DNA of 64,000 nucleotides from Moniliella sp. 'wahieum' (taxonomy: Eukaryota), in NCBI GenBank assembly GCA_003971905.1, contig RSEE01000125.1, positions 1 to 64,000 of the forward strand, written 5' to 3'. A program made the position numbers and the translations under genes. Below the pieces are notes generated by a model, which did not search any database, was not told where the DNA came from, and saw only the letters and a program-made list of their open reading frames with translations. Positions 39,150-50,100 of the stretch are shown here, piece after piece (the stretch's first letter is position 1; every line of letters starts with the position of its first letter).

Positions 39150-42100
39150 ATGTCCCTCCGTCGTGCGCTCATCGCCCGAGTCAGCCAGATGGACGCCAGC
39201 GTGACCCTTGTGCCTGGCGCGGTAGCCGACGGGGCGTGGGGGCTACCTTCGGTGCTCGTCTGCGCCAACCAATCGCGCGTGCTGCTCGCCGCGCCCGAGG
39301 GCACGACCCGCCGTGCGCTCGACAAGCGTCTCGGTCTGCCCATTCCCACGCTGACACCTACGAATGCGCCGCCGAGCTCGAGCGCGGTGGTGCTCCTTCC
39401 TGCTGCTACGGCTGCTGCGGCCGGGGGTCTGCACGGCACGTTGATGAGCATTGCGGATGGTGCGCGGGCGCGGGTGGAGCAGTTGCCCGCGAAACTGACG
39501 CAGGGCAAGCACGTCCCTCCGCTCCAACTCATTGGTCCGACCAATACACGTCATATCGTTGCGCTCGCGCGCGCGTTCAGTCGGCGCGACGGGTTTGGGC
39601 TCGATGTGGCCGAGGTGACCAGCGAGACGCACAACGTCGCCACGCCCGTGCACCAGGACCCGTCATTGTCCATCTACGCCCTGCCCATCAGCCTTGCCAC
39701 CTCGAGCGAGCGGCCGAGTAAAAAGCGTCGCCCGTCACCGGACCCGAGCTGCCGCCCGACTACCTGCACAAAGTGATCGCAACCATGTTCAATGCGTCTG
39801 GTCTGCCCGGCGGGCGCGCCGAGGACGCCGATCCGGCCCAGCTCGGCCCTTCGCGCAACTACCTTACCCGCCCGTTGCCCTTGCCCGTTGCGCCGGTCCC
39901 ACTGTCCCTGCCTTCGCCGCACGTAGGGTTCGGGCCCGACGGGGCGAACGCAACGTCGCTTCCGCCCGAGGTGGTGGTGTATGCAATTGAAACGGCACCT
40001 ACCATGCCGAAAATTGACCAGGCGCGCCGGCGGCATTTGGATGTCCGCGCGGCCCGCACATGCGCGGCTTGCGCGACGGAACGCCCGTCCACATTTCTCG
40101 CCCGGTCGGGTGGGTAGTGCCCGACCTGAGCGCGGGAGAGGCGCTGCCGACATGGGAGGAAGGTATGTCGCTCCCGTCCGAGCCGAGGCAACGGCAGCTG
40201 TTGCTGCAAGCTCGTTGGATGAGTGTCGTGGAGGCCAACCCGCCCGGCCGGCAGGGCAGGGCAGTACAAGCGCTCAAGAAGGCCGAGGCGGCCTTGTCCA
40301 AGGCCAAGGCAGCGAAAGTTGTGCCGGGCAAAGAGGAGGCGCATGCGACGCAGCTGCAAGAGCTCGAGACCCGCTTGGCCCATGCCCGCGAAGCGCATGC
40401 GCGGTACGAAGAGGTGGTCAGTGTCCCGCTCGAAGAGGTGACGTTGACCGCGGACCTGGTCACCCAGTCCCCGCTTCCGGGCGGAGCGATGGTGCAGGTG
40501 TACCTACCGTCTGAATCCTATGTCGAGCCCTTTCTCGCCGAGGCGCCCAAACTGTTTGCGCGCTACCCCACCCAAGCCACGCTGCGCGCCGTGCTGCATA
40601 TTGTTCCTCCGGCGGTATGGGAAGACGAGCGGTACCAAGCGTTTGTCCAGTCGCTCGGGAGTGGCGTCGAGCACATCCTCTCCTCCCTGCGTACTGTGCC
40701 GACGAGCTGTCCTATCCCCGTGCCGCGCTCGGCTTGCACAAGGTGTCCCACCTGGACCGGGACATGTTTAGTGTTCCCCCCTATTCGCTCGAGCCGCGCA
40801 AACCACAGACACCGCAACGCCCCTGAGCGAAAGTTTGTTCCTTGCGTCTCATGCCGCCGCCAGAGGGAAGCGCGATTGTGCGTCTGTCGGACCCCGATAG
40901 CGGGGGCAAGGGGATTGCCCAGCCGAACCTGCAGGCGCCGCTGCGCTTCCCCCGACGACAAGTTTATGCAGAACGCCGATGAGGAGGTGTTCTATTCGTT
41001 TGAGCGCGAGATGCTAGCGTCGGGCTACGTGGAAGGAGGCCGGAAGAGCAAGCGGCAGATGCGTGCCGAGGGCAAGGTGGAAGCGTGGTACGAGTACAAG
41101 AAGCTTTCGGACGAGGTGCGGGCCGATGTGGCGACGCGCCTCGCGCCTCGGACCAAGAAGGAGTGGGAGGAGATTGTGGTGACCCCGCTGGGTACGGGCT
41201 CGGCGTTGCCCAGTCGGGACCGCAACGTGTCCAGCACGCTGGTCGAGTACGACCATCGGCCGTCGGGCACGCAGGGCACAGCGGCGTATGGCACGATGCT
41301 GATGGACTGTGGCGAGTCGACGCTGGGCCAGCTGTGCCGGCGTATGGCGCGGAGCGGGCAGGAAAGTGCTACGCGATCTGCGGCTGCTGTTTATCTCGCA
41401 CAAGCATGCGGACCATCTGCTGGGTGTGTTCCGTCTATTGGCAGCACGGGCGGCGGTACGTTAACCTTTGGGTGCGATCTTGGGTGCGGTGCGTTTGGAC
41501 TGATTGATTGACTGGTATTTTTTGTTTGCCCCCCCCCCCCCCCCCGCAGCTCAACCCCTCGTCGCCGCTCTTCCTTGTCACATGCGACGAGGTGTACGGT
41601 GCGATCAAGGAGTGGGACCAGATGGAGTCGCTCGGGCTCTACACGTCCTCCAAGGGCGGGGTGTACTATGTGCCGGCGCAGTCGATCCGCCGCACTGCGT
41701 TGGAGTTGGACGGTACGTTGCTCGTGCCCCTGGCGCCCGCCCAGGCCTACCTCCCACAGAACCAACAGGTAGCCAGCTACGCGGGCTATTGGCATAGCCA
41801 CTCCAAGTTTGCCAAGCCCGAGCAGGTCGAGGACCGGGTGCGCCAGCTGGCCGAGTACGGGCTCAAGGTGGACACGGTGCCAGTCAATCACCGGTGCTTG
41901 CATGCGTATGGCGCTGTGGTCACGCACACCTCGCAGCCGTACGGGCAGTGGGGCTGGCGTATTCCGGCGACACGATCCCGTCCTCGGCGCTGGCCAACGC
42001 GGCGCGGCAGGCGCGGGTGGACGTGATGCTGCACGAGGCGACAATGGGCGACGACATGGTGGAAGATGCGTTTGTCAAGCGGCACTCGACGATGAACCAA

Positions 42101-42405
42101 GCGCTGGGCGTCGTCGCTGCCTCTGGCGCACCGCTGGCGATCCTGACGCACTTTAGCCAGCGCTACCCCAAGCTGCCCAAGCTGGGCAGCGTGGCAGAGA
42201 ACGGGGCGGCGGTGGTGCTGAGCTTCGACATGATGCGGCTGCGCTTGTCGGAGGCGTGGAAGTTTGGCTACTTTATGCCCGCCCTCGAGATGCTCTACCC
42301 GCCGACATGGAGGCGAGCAGCATGGACGACGCGTCGCTGGCGTCGCTGGCGTCGCAGCCGTCGCGGCCTTCGCAGCCGTCACGGCCGTCGCAACCGTCGC
42401 GGCCG
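39150..42405 (+). CDS. TRZ1: tRNase Z long form (ELAC2); true stop unclear (see findings)
   Basis: APEGTTR, GGLHGTLMSIAD, PLGTGSALPSRDRNVSSTL, MDCGESTLGQL, SHKHADHLLG, VPVNH, AYSGDT, LHEAT, HST and LTHFSQRYPK. Intron 41456(GTACGT)-41549(CAG). Confidence 0.92.
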
Positions 42406-42773
42406 ATGGGCGACTGGACGTACTTTGTCTGGCAGCTGACGCGGCGGGGCGAGGGGGCGCGGGCGCGCTGCCGGCGCTGACGGACATGGTGGAGCAGGCG
42501 CTGGTGCGGCTGTATGGGCAGGCGGGCGGTGCGATTGGCGTGGCGGCGGTGCACGTGGCGGCGGAGCCGGACGGGGTGCGGGGCGTGCTGCGCGCGGCGG
42601 CGGGCGAGGCGGCCAAGGTGGCGGCCGCGCTGGCCGCGGCGCACGTCGACGGCTTCCGCCGGCGGTGGTGGCGTGCGCCCTCGGCCGAGGCCGTGTGGCG
42701 CCGCGCGGGCGGCACAGGCGCCGTGCCCGACTGGGTCGCCGCCGAGGCACAGGCCCTGCGCCAGATGGAATGA
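42406..42773 (+). CDS. POP8: RNase P/MRP subunit Pop8-like (Rpp14/Pop5 fold); one frameshift near 42450
   Basis: MGDWTYFVWQL...LTDMVEQALVRLYGQAG..VAAVHV...GVLRA..KVAAAL matches the recalled yeast Pop8 pattern (WQYFKL..LNNALKRSYGIFG..FLHV..AYIRV). Confidence 0.7.
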
Positions 42774-42901
42774 AAATCACATGTGATGCCATGTCACATC
42801 TCACATGCGCTCGTGCAGACAGGCAGGCAGGCAGCAGCCCACCCATACACCCCACAGGCTAACGCTAACGCTGGCCATATACACCCCCCCGCAACAAAAA
42901 G

Positions 42902-42993
42902 TGCGGCCGTCGGGAATCGAACCCGAGACTTCAGCTGCGCCCGGCGGGGGGCCCACGTGGAAGGCTGAAATTCTACCACTAAACTACAGCCGC
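42902..42993 (-). tRNA. tRNA-Gly(TCC) with 21-nt intron
   Basis: Reverse complement GCGGCTGTAGTTTAGTGGTAGAATT-TCAGC-CT-TCC-A-[CGTGGGCCCCCCGCCGGGCGC]-A-GCTGA-AGTCTCGGGTTCGATTCCCGACGGCCGCA, then a T-run terminator. Confidence 0.93.
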
Positions 42994-43203
42994 GCTGCTG
43001 CGCGCCCCGCACCCCCGCACGGCGGCTGAGCCACGCGGGAGGCAGGCGGCGGCTTAGGTCAGCACCCCCGTGCGCTCGGGCGGGGCGGTGGCGGGCGTGG
43101 TGGGGCGCAGGCACTGGCCCAGTGTGCGTCTGCCGCTGCTTGGCGGGCGGAGGCTGCTGTCCTGCCTCAGCCCCAGCCCCAGCGCCCCCCACCACCACCC
43201 GCC

Positions 43204-44753
43204 ATGTTCAAGTCGCTCGGCAAGATGATGGGCGCGTCGTCCAAGAAGGCACGCGCCAAGGACGACCCCGCCAACGCCCCGCCCTCCAGTGCCGCCCTCG
43301 CCGCCCAGGCGTTCACCGACGTGTCCTCGGCCTCTGCCGCTGCCTCGGCCGCCGCCCCGACGCCTGGGCCGCCCAGCCGCCGCCTCCTCCGCCCCCTTCC
43401 ACAGCCAGCCCCCGTCCCAGCCCCAGTCCCAGCCCCCGCCCCGCCCCCCCCCAGTCCGCCTCCCACCCCCACCACTCCCACTCCCACTCCCACTCCCACT
43501 CCCACTCCCACTCCCACTCGCACACCCCTGCCCCCATCCCCGCCCCGCCCGCCCGCGCGTCCCAGGGCAAGATCGACAAGCGCGCCGGCCTGAGCCGACA
43601 CGAGAGCCCGCTCCCGTCGCCCACCGAGGGCGGCATGCCGTCCAACAGCCCCCTGAGTCCGATGGCCAATGGCTACGATGCGTCATCGTCCACCTCGGCG
43701 TCGCAGCTGGTGCCTGCGCGCGAAGCCGGCGCGGCGGTGCGCACGTTTGACATTGACGATATGATTGCGCGTCTGATTGAGGCTGGGTACGTGGGCGGCA
43801 AATTCCCAAGCCGGCGCTCAAGAACAATGAGATTGTTGCGGTGTGCCAAGCGGCGCGCGAAGTGTTCTTGTCCCAGCCGACGTTGATTGAGCTCAGTCCG
43901 CCAGTCAAAATTGTCGGCGACACGCATGGGCAGTACCAGGACCTGCTGCGCATGTTCTCCATGTGTGGCTTCCCCCCCAACAGCAACTACCTCTTCTTGG
44001 GCGACTATGTCGACCGCGGCAAGCAGAGTCTCGAGACGATCCTGCTGCTCTTGTGCTACAAGATCAAGTACCCAGAAAACTTTTTCCTCCTGCGTGGGAA
44101 CCATGAATGCGCCAATGTCACCCGTGGTACGTGAGCCTGTCGTCCTCCTTCCCCGCGGATGCTCGTGTTACTTCTTCTTTTTTTTGCTAACCCTGCGCAT
44201 CCAGTCTACGGCTTTTACGACGAGTGCAAGCGCCGCGTCAACATCAAGATCTGGAAGACGTTTATCGATGTGTTCACACGCTTCCCATTGCGGCCGTGGT
44301 GGCGTCGAAAATTTTCTGTGTGCATGGCGGCCTGTCGCCGTCGTTGGCCGACATGGACGATATCCGGCGGATTGAGCGGCCGACGGACGTGCCGGACTAT
44401 GGGTTGCTGAATGACCTGCTCTGGTCCGATCCTTCGGACACGGCGTTGGATTGGGAGGACAATGAGCGGGGCGTGTCGTACTGTTTTGGCAAGTCGGTCA
44501 TTGGTCAGTTCCTGGGCCAATACGACTTTGACTTGATCTGTCGCGCGCACATGGTGGTAGAAGACGGGTACGAATTTTGGAACGAACGGACACTGGTTAC
44601 CATCTTCTCGGCGCCCAACTACTGTGGCGAATTCGACAACTTTGGCGCGGTGATGATGTGTCGGAGGATCTGCTGTGTGCATTTGAGTTGCTCAAACCGC
44701 TCGACTCGGCCGCACTCAAAAAGGAGATGGCCAAGACGCGCAGGAAAAAGTGA
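43204..44753 (+). CDS. PPZ1: Ser/Thr protein phosphatase, PPZ type (PP1-like) with low-complexity N-terminus
   Basis: [87 protein letters not shown] and [15 protein letters not shown]. Intron 44127-44204. GTGAGT at ~44750 could start a further intron. Confidence 0.88.
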
Positions 44754-45559
44754 GTGCGAGCCCAGCGCCGGCCCGCACGCGCATGCGCATGCGCATGCGC
44801 ATGCGCGTTCGTTCGCGGGCGCAAGAGAGCGGAGCGTACGTGGGCCGGGCCGAGGGGTGGTGGGACGTGCCTGGCCGCCCCCGCACCCTGGGGAGCTGGC
44901 TCCCAGGGGTTACGTGCCTGCTCTTTTCTTTTCTGTCCTGCTCTGCTCTGCCCTGTTCTGCCCTGCCCTGCCCTGTCCTGCTCTGCCCTGCTCTGCTCTG
45001 CTCTCTTCTTGACTCTGGTCGCGCCGCTTTGGATTGTTGGCGATGGTTTGCTATAGTGCGAGTGGACGTGTGGAGGGCGAGCGGACGGACGATGGTGGTC
45101 GACTGTGTGCGTGCGTGTGTTTGTTTGTTGCGCCTCTACCCCCCCCGGCATTTGAGAGTGCACTCGAATCTGGGCGCGACACGCTGCGCCTGGGAGACGT
45201 GCTGTTCATGTATGATTTTGTGTTGCGATTGCATTCGTTTGAGACGTGGCTGGGGCGTGGGGGGCGGTGGGCAAGGACAGGAACGTATAAGCGTAACGGC
45301 CCCGCACGCCTGCCGCGCCAATTGAATCTCGACTAGAAATGAAGGCCCAGCGCACCCGACCCAGTCGGTCGGCAGCCAGCAATGCGCAGCACATAGCCTA
45401 CCAGCTTTACCCCAGACGCCCTGGCGCATTTCGCAGCCGCCGAGCAGATGCCGTAATCCCAGCGGAACACCCCGGGCGGAATGGCCAGCGGCGGCGGCCG
45501 CGGCCGTGTTAGTAATCGAGCCCCGTCGGCGTGCCCAGCCGCCGTCACCATCGCCGAGG

Positions 45560-46070
45560 ATGCTGCCGACGCCCGAGGAATATGAAGGTACGTTTGGGGG
45601 TTGCTTTGTCTTGTGGGGGAACATTCTTGGTGCTGCTGGGCGCGGCAGAGGGTGACTGACACCACTCCCGGACGGCGGATGGCGGATGGGCGAACGCAGC
45701 GTACATGCGTGCGCGGCAGGCGCTGGTGGACGAGGATGTGATTCGGATTTGGCAGCTGCGCATTGTGCGTGAGAACCTGGGCAAGTGCGTCAAGAACGAG
45801 CAGACGCGCGCGATGGTGCACTGCAAAGATTTGACCCAACTGTACTTGCGCATGTTGCGCGCGTCGCTGGTACGTTTTGGTTTTCTTGGTTTTTTTTTCT
45901 TTCTTGTCCCTCCCCCCCTTGGTGTCCTTCTTTCCTCCCTCGTCCTACCTCTTCCTCGCGTCGTGCGTCGTCCGAGCGGTTTAGGTACTAGACACTGACG
46001 CACTTTCCGGGTTTGCTTTCGCTTTTTGTTTTTTATTTTTGTTGTTGCTTCCGTTGGTTTGCTCAGCTGA
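45560..46070 (+). CDS. Small spliced gene, likely complex I accessory subunit NDUFB10-like
   Basis: Splicing out 45588-45699 gives MLPTPEEYEAYMRARQALVDEDVIRIWQLRIVRENLGKCVKNEQTRAMVHCKDLTQLYLRML, matching the R..RE.L.KC...E.....C..L...YL pattern. Second intron begins GTACGT at ~45870. Confidence 0.6.
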
Positions 46071-47128
46071 TTGGTGTCCCGCGCGGAGGCAAGTCGACGC
46101 TCGAGAGTCATTTGCCCAGCACGTCGAGCGAAGCGTAAGCGAGCGGAGCGTATGGGACCGTCAGAGGTGACCCTCCTCGGCGTGGCCGCACCGTGCCTAC
46201 CCGCACGCACGCGCACTCACACTCGTACCCGCATTCGCATTCGCACTTGTCCTCACACTCGTACTCGCACGCGCACTCACGCTCGCACTTGCACTTGCAC
46301 TTGCACTCGCACCCTACCCACCTCCAACCCCAGCCCCGCACTCCAGTGCGCTCCCGCCCCGGCGCGTTCCTCATGGCTACCGGACCATCGCTGGTGACAT
46401 AGCTGTGCGCCAGGGCCGAGGCCGCGCGGGCGGGCGGGACGGTTGAGATGGCCTGGGCCACCGCCGTGCGCTAGCCAAGCCACCCAACCAACCCTGACCC
46501 CGACCCCAACCCCACCTCCAACCCAAACTTCAAGCAAACCACACAACCCAAACCCAACCCAGTCTCGACCGACCAAAGAGGATGAGATGAGCGCAAAGAA
46601 ATACATAACCCATAACTCGCTCCGGCACCCCGGGCTGAGCGGGAGCTGGGCAACTGAATCTATCGGTCAGAGAGGCAGGCCTCGAGCGGGGGGGCGGGGG
46701 GACGGGGGGGGGAGACCAGGGACCAGGGAACCAGGGGACCAGAATGGAAGAAGGGAGATGGGAGATGGGGAGATGGGAGACCAAAACATCAGACATCGCG
46801 AGGCGTCAGTGAACCGCGGGCGAGGGAACATGGGAACACATGGGGTAGACTACGGTGACGCAGGGACAGAGTCGGGCGGGGGGGAAGGGGGGAGTTCCTG
46901 GCGATTGGGTGACCGGTGGAGGGGGGGGTGGCCAGCGCACCGTCGCTCGCAAACGGGAAACGGGACAAGATAAACGGCAAACGGTAAACAGTAAACGGCG
47001 AACGGCGAACAGTAAAACATGAAAGGTGAACCTGGTGAACGGTGAATGGTGGATGGTGAATGGTGGATGGTAAACGTGACTGGGTGCGCTCCCGTCCACT
47101 TGTTGTCCAAGGGGGGGGGGGGGGGCAG

Positions 47129-50100
47129 TTACAGTCCCATGCGCTGCAGCAATGTACTCAGCCTGTTCCGCGCGACACAATCAGGTCAGTCAGTACTTTG
47201 GCCTGGGGGGGAGGCAAACAAAAGCAAAACAACTAAACGAAAACAAAACAAAACAAGCACAACAACACAAGTAGCGGCGGGGAAAGCAACGTACGTAGCC
47301 ATACTCAGCGGTTTTGCCATGTACCCATCTGCGCCCGCATGGAACGCAGCGCGTACGTCGTCCTCGGTCGAGCGGCCGGTCAAGGCGACCATCTTGATGC
47401 GATCTCGTGCGGGGGCGGGGCACCGCGCCTTGCTTCTTCCCACCGGCGGATCTGGCTCATCGCGCCCATCCCATCCAACACGGGCATGGTCAGGTCCATC
47501 AAAATCAAATCAAAGTATCCCTCGCCTTGGGTCGCCACCCGTCGTACCGCCTCCACGCCGTTGTTGGCGTCTTCCACACTGGCTTGCGGCGCCTGAGGGT
47601 CGAGTCGAGTCGAGTCGGTTTGATCAGACGAGGGTAGGATAGGTTATGTGTCAGTGCCCGTCGAGCAGAAAGAGCATAGGACGTACCAGTTTGGCCAGGT
47701 AGGCGCGGATGATGCGTCGGTTGATCTGGTTATCGTCGACGCTCAGCACACGGAACGCGCGGCGTCCCGCGCTGGCAGGCGGGGAAGAAGGCAAGACGGA
47801 TTTAAGAATGGCGCCATCGCCCACTTGGAGCGTTGCTGCAGGATCTTCGCGCGGGGTAGGATGTTTGTGCACGCGCGGCTCGTGGTAGGTGATGCTGCGT
47901 GCCATGACAGGGCGCGAAGGGTGCTTGCCATCCAGGAGCACATGGCCCGGGCGCATCTTGTCCTCGGCCGAGTGACGACGGATGAGCGAGGCGTGGGCGC
48001 CGCTAGGTGCTGGCGGGGTCAGGTGCACTCTCCCGCCCGCGCCTGCCGAGGCCGAGGCCGAGTGCGCGCCCGCCAGGTCGGCCAGACGCGGCGTCAACTC
48101 TTCTTCCTCAGGGATCATCATGGGGTGCTGGGCCCTTCGTTCAGGCCGCGGGGCAAAGTAGTCGCCTCCGCGTTCCGCGCGCTCATCCAGCGGCGTCAAC
48201 GGTAACGTCCTCCCTCCGCTGCTGGGGTCAAGTCGGACGCCACTGCATTCAGTGCAACCTCCATCGCATCCTGTAGCTTCTTAGGTCCAGCCGGCTTGAA
48301 CAGGCTGCTCATCACGCCCCCCAACGCAGCATACTGTTCCTGCACCGCCGACAACTCTGTCGAGCCGCGCGCCGCAGTGAGAAACACGACAGGCGGCAAG
48401 TAGGACAGACGGCCGTGGTGGCGGCGCTGGATCAAGGCACGCAGCAAGCCCAAGTCCTCATTGACCAACCAATGTCCCCCTGGGAGGTGGGCAGCGCACG
48501 CTCCCTGGGCTGGGAGTGCGTGTCGGGCTCAGGGTCAGGGTCAGGGTCAGGGTCAGGGTCAGGGTACGGATCCGGGTCCGGAGCCAGCGCAAAGCCCACC
48601 ACCCACCGAGGTAGTTGAGGAACACTTCCTTCAACGCCTGCGCGCCGCGGGACGGGCCAAAGCCAAGCAAGCTGACGGACAGGCGGCCATTGACACGTAG
48701 TGTGCGGCGGGGTACGGTGGGTGGCGCAGGTCGTTCGAGCTCGGCAGTGACCTTGATCTCGGTGCCTTCGCCCTCGGTGGACCAAACATCGATCTTGCCA
48801 TTGACCGCGGGCGACTGGACAATCGAGTTGACGATGGACAGGCCCAATCCGGTCCCGGTGCCCAGTGCGTTTTCTTGGGTAAACGGGTAGGGTGGAACAG
48901 TTGTTCTTCCAAAAAATGACGCGAGATGCCTCGGCCCGTATCCGTGACGCCCAACTCGACCACGACGCCATGCTCGTTGGACGACAACTCGCGCAAGGAA
49001 ACATGCACAAAGCCCGAAGGGGTGAACTTGAGCGAGTTGCCAATCAAGTTCATCAGCACACGACGAATGCCGCCCGCGTCGCACAACAAGTTCCACCCTT
49101 CTTCTCGGAACGAGACATCAATCACCACCTCCACGTCCGCCATTGGCATCTTGGCCGACGGCAGCGAACTGCTCGTGGTGGGATCGGGAGGGGCATAAAA
49201 CGATCCAATCCCACTCGCGTTGCCCCGTTCCAACGACTTGGCTACCTGTCCAATCCACGACGACTCGCACACCTCTTGTACCAGCTTGACCAGGTCCGCC
49301 GGCGCCTTGCTCCCCTCGCCGGCACGCGAACCGGAGAGCTTGGTAAAGTCGAGGACGTGATTGACGAGTTCCAACAGCGACTTGCCGCATGCTTCAATTG
49401 TTTCCAAGTACGAAGTTTGGGGACCATTGAGCACGGTGGATTTGAGCAAGTCCGAGGCGGCGAGGATGCCATGGAGCGGGGTCCTGAGCTCATGCGACAT
49501 GTTGGAGATAAAGTGCGACTTGGCCTTGTCGGCCAAGATGATATCTTTGCGCAGCACGGCCGACAAGATGATCATGCCCATGGCGCGGAGGTACTGGAGC
49601 CCAATCCCATGCAGTTCCTCCAGCGGCAGCGTCTTGTTGGACGCAAACGAGTAGACAATCAGCAGGGCGAACGGTTGGCCATTCAGACCAAAAATGGGCA
49701 CCATCAGTACCCATCCAATCTTCTCGCTGGGAAGCAGGCGGTGCAGCGCGCTGGGCATGTAGCGGTAGTAGCGTCCATTGGGATGCGTGCGCAAAAACTG
49801 CGCAATCTGCACATGGTCCGACAAGGGTACCGGTTCGGTCCGGGTCGAAGGGATGGGCCCTTGTTCACTGCTGCCCAACGCCACCATGGGCGGGACCAAC
49901 CGACTTTTCATCTCGGGTGCCGACGCCGTCGTGCCACTGTCATCCGCCGTGCCGCTACCCGAAACAACGGAAGGGGTGGCAGAGGAGAACGAGGGCGGAG
50001 CCGGCGTCCCGGTCCCGGCCCCCGTCCCGGTCCCCGTCCCGGTCCCGCCCGTCGGTTGGGACGGCGACGCAGGGAAGAAGACTTTGGAAGTCGGATCGGC

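Noticed and set aside
46960..47080. 7-bp-period AAACGGT/GAATGGT repeats as members of the TNA-palindrome family
   Set aside because: The units are not palindromic; this is an ordinary degenerate microsatellite downstream of the kinase.
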